Source: Alphaproteobacteria bacterium (GTDB lineage Bacteria > Pseudomonadota > Alphaproteobacteria > SHVV01). From it: DNA of 64,000 nucleotides. The notes under the pieces were generated by a model. The model was not told the DNA's origin and did no database searches. It saw only the letters and a program-made list of their open reading frames with translations. Position numbers and translations under genes: made by a program. The stretch covers positions 2,624,001 to 2,688,000 of the forward strand of contig OZ253470.1 in the NCBI GenBank assembly GCA_965261735.1, given 5' to 3'. Positions 47,899 through 56,737 of this stretch are shown here, piece after piece (positions within the stretch are counted from its first letter, which is position 1; every line of letters begins with the position of its first letter).

Positions 47899-48786
47899 TC
47901 ACACTACGTTGAAGTGGTCGGGGACGCCGGCCGGCCATACGTCGCCCCAAAGCTGCATGCCGCCGTCGATGGCCAGCACCTCCCCGGTGACGAATTGGCC
48001 GCTGCCGGCCGATAGGTACACCACGCCTTGGGCGACGTCCCAACCCTCGCCCAAGCGGCGCATTGGATTGCTGTCCTGAAATCGCGCGGTCGCCTCGGGC
48101 GCGTAGAATTTTAGCCCTTCCGAAGCGATCGAACCGGGCGCGAGGCAGTTCGCCCGAATGTTCAGCGGCGCCCACTCCACGGCCACCGTCTTGGTCAGGC
48201 CGATGACGCCCGCGCGCGCCGCGCAGGTATGCGCGACCTGCGGCATGCCCCGCGTGACGACCGCGACGATGTTGACGATGTTTCCGGGCTCGGCCCGGTC
48301 GCGCCAACGCCGCGCGGCGCCCTGCATCATGTACCAGGTTCCGTTCAGGTTGAGGTCGATGACGGCGTGCCACCCCTTGTGGCTGAAATCGATCGCATCC
48401 TGAGCGAATTGGCCGCCTGCGTTGTTGACGAGCGTATCCAACCGACCAAAACGCTCCCAGGTTTCGTCGAGCACGCGATCCACCGCTTCCGGGTCGCGGA
48501 TCGACATGGGTATGGGGGTGACGCGCGCTCCGACGATCCCGGCCGCCTCGTCGGCAGCCTCCCGCAGGCGCTCCTCGCGGCGCCCACAGATGACGACCTG
48601 CGCGCCGAGCCGCGCCAGCAGGAACGTGGTCACGCGCCCCAGTCCGGTGCCGCCACCCGACACGATGAAGACCTGACCGTCGAGGAGATCGGGCCGGAAC
48701 ACGGTCGGGACGCGGGCCAGCTCCGCCATCGTGTGCTCGAGCTTGACGCCCGCGCCGCCCTCGCTCGGAGTCGATGCCTTACCCAT
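47899..48786 (-). CDS. SDR, 2,4-dienoyl-CoA/enoyl-CoA reductase-like
   Basis: SGGGTGLG, NNAGGQF, HTCAARAG. Confidence 0.85.
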   Translation of the reverse strand: MGKASTPSEGGAGVKLEHTMAELARVPTVFRPDLLDGQVFIVSGGGTGLGRVTTFLLARLGAQVVICGRREERLREAADEAAGIVGARVTPIPMSIRDPEAVDRVLDETWERFGRLDTLVNNAGGQFAQDAIDFSHKGWHAVIDLNLNGTWYMMQGAARRWRDRAEPGNIVNIVAVVTRGMPQVAHTCAARAGVIGLTKTVAVEWAPLNIRANCLAPGSIASEGLKFYAPEATARFQDSNPMRRLGEGWDVAQGVVYLSAGSGQFVTGEVLAIDGGMQLWGDVWPAGVPDHFNVV

Positions 48787-49151
48787 GGTCCGGGTCTGTC
48801 CTCATCACCGCTACAGTTGGGTCGATTCGCGTCGCCGCCGCAGTTTTACCGTTCGCGACCGCGAGTGCCAGGCATTCACCGCCAGAGTCCACGAAACCTG
48901 AGCTGTCATGGTTTCAGATGGCGCCGACATGCCCCATTCGGGAGCGCCGGGAGCCGCTAGTGACGACGCTATTACTTGTATAAAGAATCCGCAAAACAGT
49001 ATATGGGTGAGCGCCTTGTGTGCAACGGGCGAGCCCGTTTCAGGAGCCCGGACCGCCGGACAAGCCAACATGCAGGGGCCACGCCCCTCTCGTTCCCCTG
49101 TACCAACCTACAAAAGAAACTCATCCCGGCCAATGACAGGAGGAAGACCCA

Positions 49152-50174
49152 ATGCTGACAGCACGGCCCACTGAAATAGCTGCTCGTGGAAGCAGGTGGT
49201 ATGGCGCCGCCATCGTCGCCGCCATCGGCTTTGCCGCATTCCTGCTCGCAGATGGTTCAGCCCATGCGCAATCGGCGAAACTAGGCTCGCCGACCCCGAT
49301 CAAGATGCTCTCTGTGCCTTACTTTTCGCCCGAGCTGATCGCGCAGGACAGGGGTTTCTTCAAGAAGTACAACCTTGAGGTCGAGTTCGTTAAACAGGTG
49401 GCCCAGGGCACGGCAGGAATCCCCGCGATCGTCGCCAACCACGTACAGACGGGTCAGGGGTTCGGCGCGCCGCCCATCATCCAGGCCTTGGCCGGCGGCG
49501 CGGAAGTGACGGCTATATTTGCCGGGATCGTTTCGACCGATGGCGACTTCCGGCTCTATGCGCTGGCCGACAGCGGTATCAAGACCGCGCAGGACGTCGT
49601 CGGGAAGACCGTCGGCATCCACAATTTCGGCTCGTACGCCGACTATGCGCTGCGCGGCTTCGTGCATAAGAGCGGTATTGGGATCGATCAGGTGAAGCGC
49701 TTGACGGTGCCGCTGCCGACGATGTGCCAGGCGCTGCTGTCCAAACAAGTCGACATTGTCGCGATGTACAGCCTCTTTTACATCCCTTGCGTGAGACAGA
49801 ATCCGGACAAGCTGCACCTCCTCGCCAAGGACAACGAGGGCCTCCCGGCTTCGGCCTTCCTGTACTCGGCCTATGTCTTCAGCAACGACTACATCAAGGA
49901 ACGGCCCGATGTGGTGCGCGCCTTCGTCGCGGCGCTCAATGACGCAACCGGTTTCGTTCAGGGCAACCCTGACGCGGCCAAGGAGATCATCTCCAAGAAC
50001 ACCGGCATTTCAGCCGATCTCCTGACCGTCCCCACGTTCGCCAAGGGTGGCTGCGTGAGTACCAAGGCGGCATCGGACTGGGTTAAGGTGCTGACGGAAT
50101 TCGACGCGATCAAGGCCGGCAGCGTCGATTCGACCGGGTGGGTATCAAACAGCTTCAACCCGAACTGCTCGTAG
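49152..50174 (+). CDS. ABC substrate-binding protein (SsuA/THI5-like)
   Basis: Signal peptide AHA, GFFKKYNLEVE, SGIKTAQDVVGK, RPDVVRAFV. Confidence 0.88.
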   Translation: MLTARPTEIAARGSRWYGAAIVAAIGFAAFLLADGSAHAQSAKLGSPTPIKMLSVPYFSPELIAQDRGFFKKYNLEVEFVKQVAQGTAGIPAIVANHVQTGQGFGAPPIIQALAGGAEVTAIFAGIVSTDGDFRLYALADSGIKTAQDVVGKTVGIHNFGSYADYALRGFVHKSGIGIDQVKRLTVPLPTMCQALLSKQVDIVAMYSLFYIPCVRQNPDKLHLLAKDNEGLPASAFLYSAYVFSNDYIKERPDVVRAFVAALNDATGFVQGNPDAAKEIISKNTGISADLLTVPTFAKGGCVSTKAASDWVKVLTEFDAIKAGSVDSTGWVSNSFNPNCS

Positions 50175-50211
50175 GAGTCGAGGCAGTCACTTCGGGCTGA
50201 GGAGTGGCAGG

Positions 50212-51087
50212 ATGCCCGGCGCCGGCACCCTTACCGAGGAGCGACGGGCGGCCGACGGAGCCGGGGCCACCGGCCCCCGGCCCGCCGGCGCGCCCCGCGA
50301 ACGCCGGCCCGCACCAGCGACGGCGTCGGCGCGCCGGGGCCGGGCGCTTCTCGTGTCGGCCGTTCCGATCGTGTGCCTATTTCTGCTGTGGGAGCTCACC
50401 TCGCGGGCCGGCTGGCTCAACGCGACGCTCCTCACTCCGCCGTCCCGCGCCCTCTACGAGGTGTGGAACTACGTCATAACCGGTGCGATCCTTCCCCATC
50501 TCGAGGCGAGCCTGAAGCGCGGGGGTGCGGGGCTGGCGATCGCCATCGCGGTCGGAATCCCGCTCGGCCTGTTCATCGGGTCGGTCAAGGCGGTCTCGCG
50601 TGCGGCCTCCCCGGTGATCGAGTTCCTGCGCCAGTTGCCGCCGCTCGCCATGCTGCCCGTGTTCCTGCTTTTTCTCGGCCTAGGCTTCCGCGCTCAAGTA
50701 GCGATCGTGATATGGGCGGCGATCTGGCCGATTTTGCTCAATACGATCACCGGCGCCCGCGGTGTCGATGTGCGGCTCATCAAGGCGGCGCATACCCTTG
50801 GTGCGAGCCGGCGCGACGTGTTCCTGAAGGTCGCCCTTCCGGCGGCCCTGCCGATGACGATGACGGGGATCCGCTTGGGGGCTTCCTACGCCTTTCTCGT
50901 GCTCGTCGCGGCCGAGATGGTCGGCGCGGACTCGGGCCTCGGTTTCCTCATCCTCAACAACCAGTACACCTTCCGCATCCCACAAATGTATGCCGCCATC
51001 CTCATCCTCGCGGCCCTCGGCGTGGCTCTCAACTACAGCCTTATGTTTCTCGAGCGCCGGTTGACGCCGTGGCAAGGTTACACATGA
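50212..51087 (+). CDS. ABC permease (SsuC/TauC-like)
   Basis: AAHTLGAS EAA-loop, LVAAEMVGADSGLG. Confidence 0.92.
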   Translation: MPGAGTLTEERRAADGAGATGPRPAGAPRERRPAPATASARRGRALLVSAVPIVCLFLLWELTSRAGWLNATLLTPPSRALYEVWNYVITGAILPHLEASLKRGGAGLAIAIAVGIPLGLFIGSVKAVSRAASPVIEFLRQLPPLAMLPVFLLFLGLGFRAQVAIVIWAAIWPILLNTITGARGVDVRLIKAAHTLGASRRDVFLKVALPAALPMTMTGIRLGASYAFLVLVAAEMVGADSGLGFLILNNQYTFRIPQMYAAILILAALGVALNYSLMFLERRLTPWQGYT

Positions 51088-51920
51088 GTACGGGCGCGGC
51101 CGAGGGGGCTCCGGCGACGGCACGGCCCGCTGCAGCCACCGCGGCGCCGAAAATCGTGGTCGAGGGCGTCGCCAAGGAATTCACGACCGCCACCGGCGAG
51201 ACGTTCGTCGCCCTCGACAACATCGAACTCACGGTCGGGCTGCATGAGCTCGTCAGCCTCGTCGGGCCGAGCGGTTGCGGCAAGACCACGCTGCTCGAGA
51301 TTCTCGCCGGGCTACAGTTCCCGACCCACGGGCGCGTCCTCATGGACGGCGCCGAGATCAAGCGGCCGGGACCGGACCGGACCGTGGTGTTTCAGCATTT
51401 CGCGCTTTTTCCCTGGCGCACGGTCGTGGCCAACGTGGAGTTCCCGATGGAGGCCGCGCGGGTCGGACGCGCCGAGAGGCGGGCGCGCGCCCTCGAGTAC
51501 CTCGGCATGGTCGGCCTCGAGGGCTTCGGAGATCGCCATATCTGGCAGCTCTCGGGCGGGATGCAGCAACGCGTGGCGCTCGCCCGGGGGATGGCGTGCA
51601 CACCGGAAGTGATGCTGATGGACGAGCCCTTCAGCGGCGCCGACGCGATCACGCGCGAGCTGCTCCAGGACCAGCTCGCACGGCTGCGCCGGGCGACGCG
51701 CCAGACCATCGTCTTCGTCACGCATAGCGTTGACGAGGCGATCCGCCTGTCGGACCGGATCGTGGTCATGGGAACCAGGCCCGGACGCGTCGTCGACGTG
51801 TTCGACGTCGACGACGAAAGCCGCGCGCACGCCGACAGAACGGCCGAGCTGCGCGACGCCGTCTGGGCGCTGCTGAGGCAGGAGATCGTGCCCCTCGTGG
51901 ACGCCGCCGAGGCGCCATGA
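51084..51920 (+). CDS. ABC ATP-binding protein (SsuB/TauB-like)
   Basis: GPSGCGKT, LSGGMQQR, MDEPF, VTH. Confidence 0.94.
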   Translation: MSTGAAEGAPATARPAAATAAPKIVVEGVAKEFTTATGETFVALDNIELTVGLHELVSLVGPSGCGKTTLLEILAGLQFPTHGRVLMDGAEIKRPGPDRTVVFQHFALFPWRTVVANVEFPMEAARVGRAERRARALEYLGMVGLEGFGDRHIWQLSGGMQQRVALARGMACTPEVMLMDEPFSGADAITRELLQDQLARLRRATRQTIVFVTHSVDEAIRLSDRIVVMGTRPGRVVDVFDVDDESRAHADRTAELRDAVWALLRQEIVPLVDAAEAP

Positions 51921-52795
51921 GCCGGGTGATCGATTTCCGGGCGCGCCCCAACACACCGGAGTGGGCGCGCTACCTTTCCCGGCGCCGCAAGGCCATTCGC
52001 TCCGAGGCCGGGGCGGGCTTCGGCGACTACCATGCCCCCGAGGAGACGCTGGAGCAGTACGTCGCCCAGCTCGACGGCGCCGGCATCGAGCGCGCCGTGT
52101 TCGCCGCTCGTAATCGCTCGGGGAGCGACCCGGAGTGGACGTTGACCAATGACTTCGTCGCCGATTGCGTGCGCGCGGTTCCCGACCGCATCGTCGGCTT
52201 TGCCGGCGTGGACGCGAGCGAGCCCGACATGGCGGCAGCGGAAGCGCGTCGAGCCGTACTCGAACTCGGGCTGCTCGGCGTGTGCTTCGACCCCTTCGCG
52301 CTCGGGGCGGCGCCCGACGATCCCCGGTTCGATGGCATCTGTGGCGCCTGTGACGAGCTCGGCGTGCCGGTTGTCATCACGCTCGGCGGGTGGCCCGGCA
52401 TCGCGGCGCCGCTGCGCGATTCGAGCCCGCTGGCGATCGACGTCCTCGCCAAACGCTTCCCCCAGCTCACCATCATCGCCTCACATGCCGGGTGGCCCTT
52501 TGTGCAGGAGATGATCGCGGTCGCGTGGCGCTGCGAGAACGTGTACTTCGAGAACTCCTTCTACCACTTCGCCCCGGGCGCCGAGGTCCTCGTCGAGGCC
52601 GCAAACACCATGATCGGCGACAAGATCCTCTACGCCTCCGCCTACCCTTTCGCGCCGCTCGGCGAGACGCTCGAACGGTTTCGCGCGCTGCCCTTCGCGG
52701 CCGACGTGGCCGAGCGCGTGCTGTTCGCGAACGGTGAGGGTTTGCTGGCACGTATTGCCGCGGCCGCCGCCACGCCGGCCCGCTCGGCACCATAG
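51917..52795 (+). CDS. Amidohydrolase_2 family protein
   Basis: IDFRARP, SHAGWP, NVYF, YASAYPF. Confidence 0.87.
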   Translation: MSRVIDFRARPNTPEWARYLSRRRKAIRSEAGAGFGDYHAPEETLEQYVAQLDGAGIERAVFAARNRSGSDPEWTLTNDFVADCVRAVPDRIVGFAGVDASEPDMAAAEARRAVLELGLLGVCFDPFALGAAPDDPRFDGICGACDELGVPVVITLGGWPGIAAPLRDSSPLAIDVLAKRFPQLTIIASHAGWPFVQEMIAVAWRCENVYFENSFYHFAPGAEVLVEAANTMIGDKILYASAYPFAPLGETLERFRALPFAADVAERVLFANGEGLLARIAAAAATPARSAP

Positions 52796-52809
52796 GGTCG
52801 GGCCGCCGG

Positions 52810-53607
52810 ATGGATCTCCAGCTCGCGAAGCAGCGGGCGCTCGTCGTCGGGGCGACCGGCGACATCGGCGGCGCCGTGGCGACGGCGCTCTCGGGCGAAG
52901 GGGTTCGGGTCGTGCTCGGCGGACGCAACGGTGCGCGCCTCGAGTCGTTAGCGCATGAGCTCGGTCCCCGATGCGGCGGGACGGTGAGCGTCGACCTCGC
53001 CGATGGCGCATCGGTCCAGACCGCTATCGACGAAAGCTATCGCCTGCTCGGCGAGGTCGACATTCTCGTCTGCGCGGCGGTCGATCAGACCTACGGCTCG
53101 CTGTGGGAAATGGAGCGCGATGCGGTGGAGCGGGCGTTCCGGGTCAAGTATGTGGGCTCGATCGATGTCTGCCGACGTGTCGGCGAGCGCATGGCGCGGC
53201 GCCAGTCGGGTGTGATCGTCAACCTCATCGGCATCGCGACCGAGGTTCTCTATCCGGCGAATCCGGTGGGCGGCGACGTCAACATCGCCACGGCACGCTT
53301 TACCCGCTTTCTCGCGGCCGACCTCGCGCAGTCCGGCGTCCGCGTCCTCGGCGTGAGCCCGGGATTCGTCCACGGCCGCCGACTTGCCGCGTTTCTCGAG
53401 GCCGGGCGTGCCGATCTCGAGGCCAGCATCCCGCTCGGCCGCATCTGTTCGCCCGGCGAGATCGCCAACACGGTGACCTTCCTCGCCTCGCCGCGGGCGA
53501 GCTACGTGACCGGCACCATCGTCACCGTGGATGGCGGACTGTCACTGCACGTCCCGCCCGGCGGCACCGGCCCTGCCGCCGGTTCGAGAAGGAGAAGCGA
53601 GGCATGA
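52810..53607 (+). CDS. Atypical SDR
   Basis: GATGDIG; GGDVN in place of YxxxK; VTVDGG. Confidence 0.85.
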   Translation: MDLQLAKQRALVVGATGDIGGAVATALSGEGVRVVLGGRNGARLESLAHELGPRCGGTVSVDLADGASVQTAIDESYRLLGEVDILVCAAVDQTYGSLWEMERDAVERAFRVKYVGSIDVCRRVGERMARRQSGVIVNLIGIATEVLYPANPVGGDVNIATARFTRFLAADLAQSGVRVLGVSPGFVHGRRLAAFLEAGRADLEASIPLGRICSPGEIANTVTFLASPRASYVTGTIVTVDGGLSLHVPPGGTGPAAGSRRRSEA

Positions 53608-54047
53608 CGGACGCCAGCGATACCGCATCGCGCCAAGAAATCACCGAGGTCATCGCCAAATATGCCGTCTACATCGACGCCGGCGAGTTCGACCAGCTCG
53701 AGTCCCTGTTCGCCGAAGACGCCGTCTTCGACATCACGCCCGATCCCGGCATCGTGCCGGTGCCCGTACGCGGCGGGCGTCAGATTCGCGAGGCCCTCGA
53801 GGAGCGCTACCGTCTCGTGTCGCCACAGGCACAGCGGCGGCATCTGATGACCAACACGGTCATCGACGAGCTCGCCGGCGACCGAGCCCGGGCGCGCTCG
53901 TTTCTCACGGTGCTATCGGTGCCGAAGTCGGCCGGCGGCGGCGTGGAACTACGCGGAACCGGCGTCTACAACGACACCTTGGAGCGGAGAAAGCAGATGT
54001 GGCTGTTTACGGAGCGTCGACTCGTGCTCGACGTGTTGGGCACATGA
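53604..54047 (+). CDS. SnoaL/NTF2-like protein
   Basis: YAVYID, LFAEDA, RRHLMTN, GVYNDTL...WLFTER. Confidence 0.85.
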   Translation: MTDASDTASRQEITEVIAKYAVYIDAGEFDQLESLFAEDAVFDITPDPGIVPVPVRGGRQIREALEERYRLVSPQAQRRHLMTNTVIDELAGDRARARSFLTVLSVPKSAGGGVELRGTGVYNDTLERRKQMWLFTERRLVLDVLGT

Positions 54048-54514
54048 GCGACATCGACGACAGGACCCGCGCGCGGTTCGAGATCACGCAAATGATCTCG
54101 ACCTATGGCAACTGCCTCGACCGGGGCGACTTCGACGGCCTCCAGGCTCTGTTCACCGAGGACGCCGCCTTTCACGTCGGCCCCAATCCCGGCATCGAGT
54201 CGCCGCTCATCGGTGCGCGAACCATTCGTGAATCGATAGAGCGCCGGTGGCGGTTGTTTTTCGAGGAGGCGCAGCGCCGTCACGTCATGGCGAACATCGT
54301 GGTCGAGGAGCTTGCTGAGGCGGCGGCCCGCACGCGCACCGTCATCATGGTTTTCGAAGTCAAGAGGAAACCCGGCAGTCCGATCAATGTGCACGGCCTG
54401 GGCGTTTTCGACGATGTCCTGGAGCGCCACGACGGCCGCTGGCTCTTCAAGGAACGGCATCTGACGCTCGACCGCGTGGACTACTTCGCACCCGGCTGGA
54501 TGAGCCCCGACTGA
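54044..54514 (+). CDS. SnoaL/NTF2-like protein
   Basis: YGNCLD, LFTEDA, RRHVMAN, DGRWLFKER. Confidence 0.85.
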   Translation: MSDIDDRTRARFEITQMISTYGNCLDRGDFDGLQALFTEDAAFHVGPNPGIESPLIGARTIRESIERRWRLFFEEAQRRHVMANIVVEELAEAAARTRTVIMVFEVKRKPGSPINVHGLGVFDDVLERHDGRWLFKERHLTLDRVDYFAPGWMSPD

Positions 54515-54523
54515 GGTTGGCGC

Positions 54524-55279
54524 ATGCGGTTTGCCGGCAGGGCCTTGATCGTTACCGGCGGCGGCTCCGGAATCGGCGCCGCCGTGGCGCGCCGGTTCGC
54601 GGCCGAGGGCGGCAGGGTCGCGGTCCTTGACCTCGATTCGAACCGCGCCGCCGCGGTAGCCGACGCCCTAGAGGGTGGCATCGCCGTGCAGGTGGACGTC
54701 GCCGACGAGGCCTCGGTCGCCGCTGCCGTAGGCGCCGCGTACGAGCACATGGGCAAGATCGACTGCGTCTGCAATGCCGCCGGCCACCTCACCGCGGGAT
54801 CGATCGACACCTACCCGCTCGCTGAATGGACACGGATGCTCGCCGTGCACGCCACAGGGACCTTCCTGGTCTGTCGCGCGGCGCTGCCCCACCTGCGCGC
54901 CGCCGGCGGCGGCTCGATCGTCAATATCTCGTCGGTGGGCGCGCTCATGGCGCGCAAGCACATCGGTGCCTACTCGGCCGCGAAGGGCGCCGTGCTCGCG
55001 TTCTCGCGTCAGCTCGCGTTCGAGCTCGGCGACGACGGCATCCGCGTCAACGTGGTCGCGCCCGGCACGGTGAAGACGGGAATGACGGTCCCGTTGTGGA
55101 CCGAGCGCGGCGGTGGCGACTACGAGGTTGGCGCCGAGCGCGCGGCATCCGATTCGATCCAGCGCCGCATCGCCGAGCCCGAGGAAATCGCGGCGAGCGT
55201 GTGCTTCCTGCTCTCCGCCGACGCCGGCTTTTATACCGGCGCGGTGCTGGTGCCGGACGGTGGCATGACCGCGATATAG
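54524..55279 (+). CDS. Classical SDR
   Basis: TGGGSGIG, NAAG, YSAAK. Confidence 0.92.
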   Translation: MRFAGRALIVTGGGSGIGAAVARRFAAEGGRVAVLDLDSNRAAAVADALEGGIAVQVDVADEASVAAAVGAAYEHMGKIDCVCNAAGHLTAGSIDTYPLAEWTRMLAVHATGTFLVCRAALPHLRAAGGGSIVNISSVGALMARKHIGAYSAAKGAVLAFSRQLAFELGDDGIRVNVVAPGTVKTGMTVPLWTERGGGDYEVGAERAASDSIQRRIAEPEEIAASVCFLLSADAGFYTGAVLVPDGGMTAI

Positions 55280-55293
55280 CTCGGGAAGACTCC

Positions 55294-55491
55294 ATGCGCA
55301 TCGTCATCAACCGCGAGCTGTGCATTGGCGCCGGGCAGTGCGTCAGCGCCGCACCCGAGGTGTTCGCGCAAGACGAGGACGACGGACTCGTCTTCCTATT
55401 GCTTGAGCGCCCGCGGTCGGAGCTACATGATTCGGTGAGGGCAGCGGTTCGAACGTGCCCAGTCAGGGCCATTTCAGCGGAGCCAGAATGA
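55294..55491 (+). CDS. 3Fe-4S-type ferredoxin
   Basis: CIGAGQC...CP. Confidence 0.92.
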   Translation: MRIVINRELCIGAGQCVSAAPEVFAQDEDDGLVFLLLERPRSELHDSVRAAVRTCPVRAISAEPE

Positions 55492-56735
55492 CGAAACCGA
55501 CGCACCAAGAAAGAACTGAGTTGGCCGACGAGCGGTCAGACCTACCCTCTTTCCCCTTCTCCCGGGCCTTTCCCTTGGACCCGCCGCCCGAGTATGCGCA
55601 GCTGCGGGCCGAGCGCCCGGTGACCAAGGCCAGGCTGTGGGACGGGTCGACCGCCTGGATCGTGACCCGCTACGACGACGTTCGCGACGTGCTCAGCGAC
55701 GACCGCTTCAGCAACGTCCCCAGCCAGCCGGGCTACCCCAAGTTGACGCCGACGCGCGATGCCATGCTGCTCAAGGAAGAACAGACCTTCGTCCGGATGA
55801 ACCCGCCCGAGCACGGCATTTTCCGCCGCATGCTCACCAAGGAGTTCATGGTCGGCCGGATGAACGCGCTCCGCCCCGATATCCAGCGCATGGTCGACGC
55901 GCTGATCGACCAGATGATCGCGACGGGTCGGCCCGCCGATCTCGTCGAAGCCCTGGCGATCCCGCTGCCCTCGTTGGTGATCTCGGAGATGCTCGGCGTG
56001 CCCTACGAGAATCACGCGTTCTTCGAGGAGCGCAGCAAGGCGCGGCTCGCCCTCGACGTCGACCCGGAGATCCCCGTCGCCGCGGGTCGCGACGTCATGA
56101 ACTACCTCGACGAGCTGTTCACGAAACGGGAAGAGGACCCGGGCGCGGGTGACGATATCATCAGCCGCCTGGTGATCGATCAGATCAGGCCCGGTCATTT
56201 GCAGCACGACGAGGCGGTCCGAATGGTCGAGCTCCTGCTCCGCGCGGGACACGAGACGACCTCGAACCTGATCGGTATGGGGCTGCTGTCCCTGTTCGAA
56301 CACCCGGAGCAATTGGCGCTGCTGCGCGCCGACCCCTCGCTCATGAGCGGTGCCGTCGAAGAAATGCTGCGCTACACCAGCGTGGTCCACTACATCGGCG
56401 CGCGCGCCGCCACGGCCGACGTCGAAGTTGGCGGCCAGACGATAGCGGCGGGCGAAGGCGTCTACGCGCTGATCAGCGCCGCCAACCGAGACGGCGGGGC
56501 GTTTCCCGAGCCCGACGCCTTCGACATCCGTCGCGAGGCGCGCCACCACGTCGCCTTCGGATACGGCGTGCATCAATGCCTCGGCCAGACCCTGGCGCGC
56601 GCCGAGCTCGAGATCGTGTTCGCCACCCTGATGCGCCGCCTGCCCGAGCTACGCCTCGCCGTCCCCTTCGAAGACGTCGGCTACAAGCACAACTTCTTCG
56701 TCTACGGCGTCGTCGGGCTCCCCGTGACCTGGTAG
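55488..56735 (+). CDS. Cytochrome P450 (CYP105-like)
   Basis: AGHETT, EEMLR, FGYGVHQCLG. Confidence 0.95.
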   Translation: MTKPTHQERTELADERSDLPSFPFSRAFPLDPPPEYAQLRAERPVTKARLWDGSTAWIVTRYDDVRDVLSDDRFSNVPSQPGYPKLTPTRDAMLLKEEQTFVRMNPPEHGIFRRMLTKEFMVGRMNALRPDIQRMVDALIDQMIATGRPADLVEALAIPLPSLVISEMLGVPYENHAFFEERSKARLALDVDPEIPVAAGRDVMNYLDELFTKREEDPGAGDDIISRLVIDQIRPGHLQHDEAVRMVELLLRAGHETTSNLIGMGLLSLFEHPEQLALLRADPSLMSGAVEEMLRYTSVVHYIGARAATADVEVGGQTIAAGEGVYALISAANRDGGAFPEPDAFDIRREARHHVAFGYGVHQCLGQTLARAELEIVFATLMRRLPELRLAVPFEDVGYKHNFFVYGVVGLPVTW

Positions 56736-56737
56736 CC

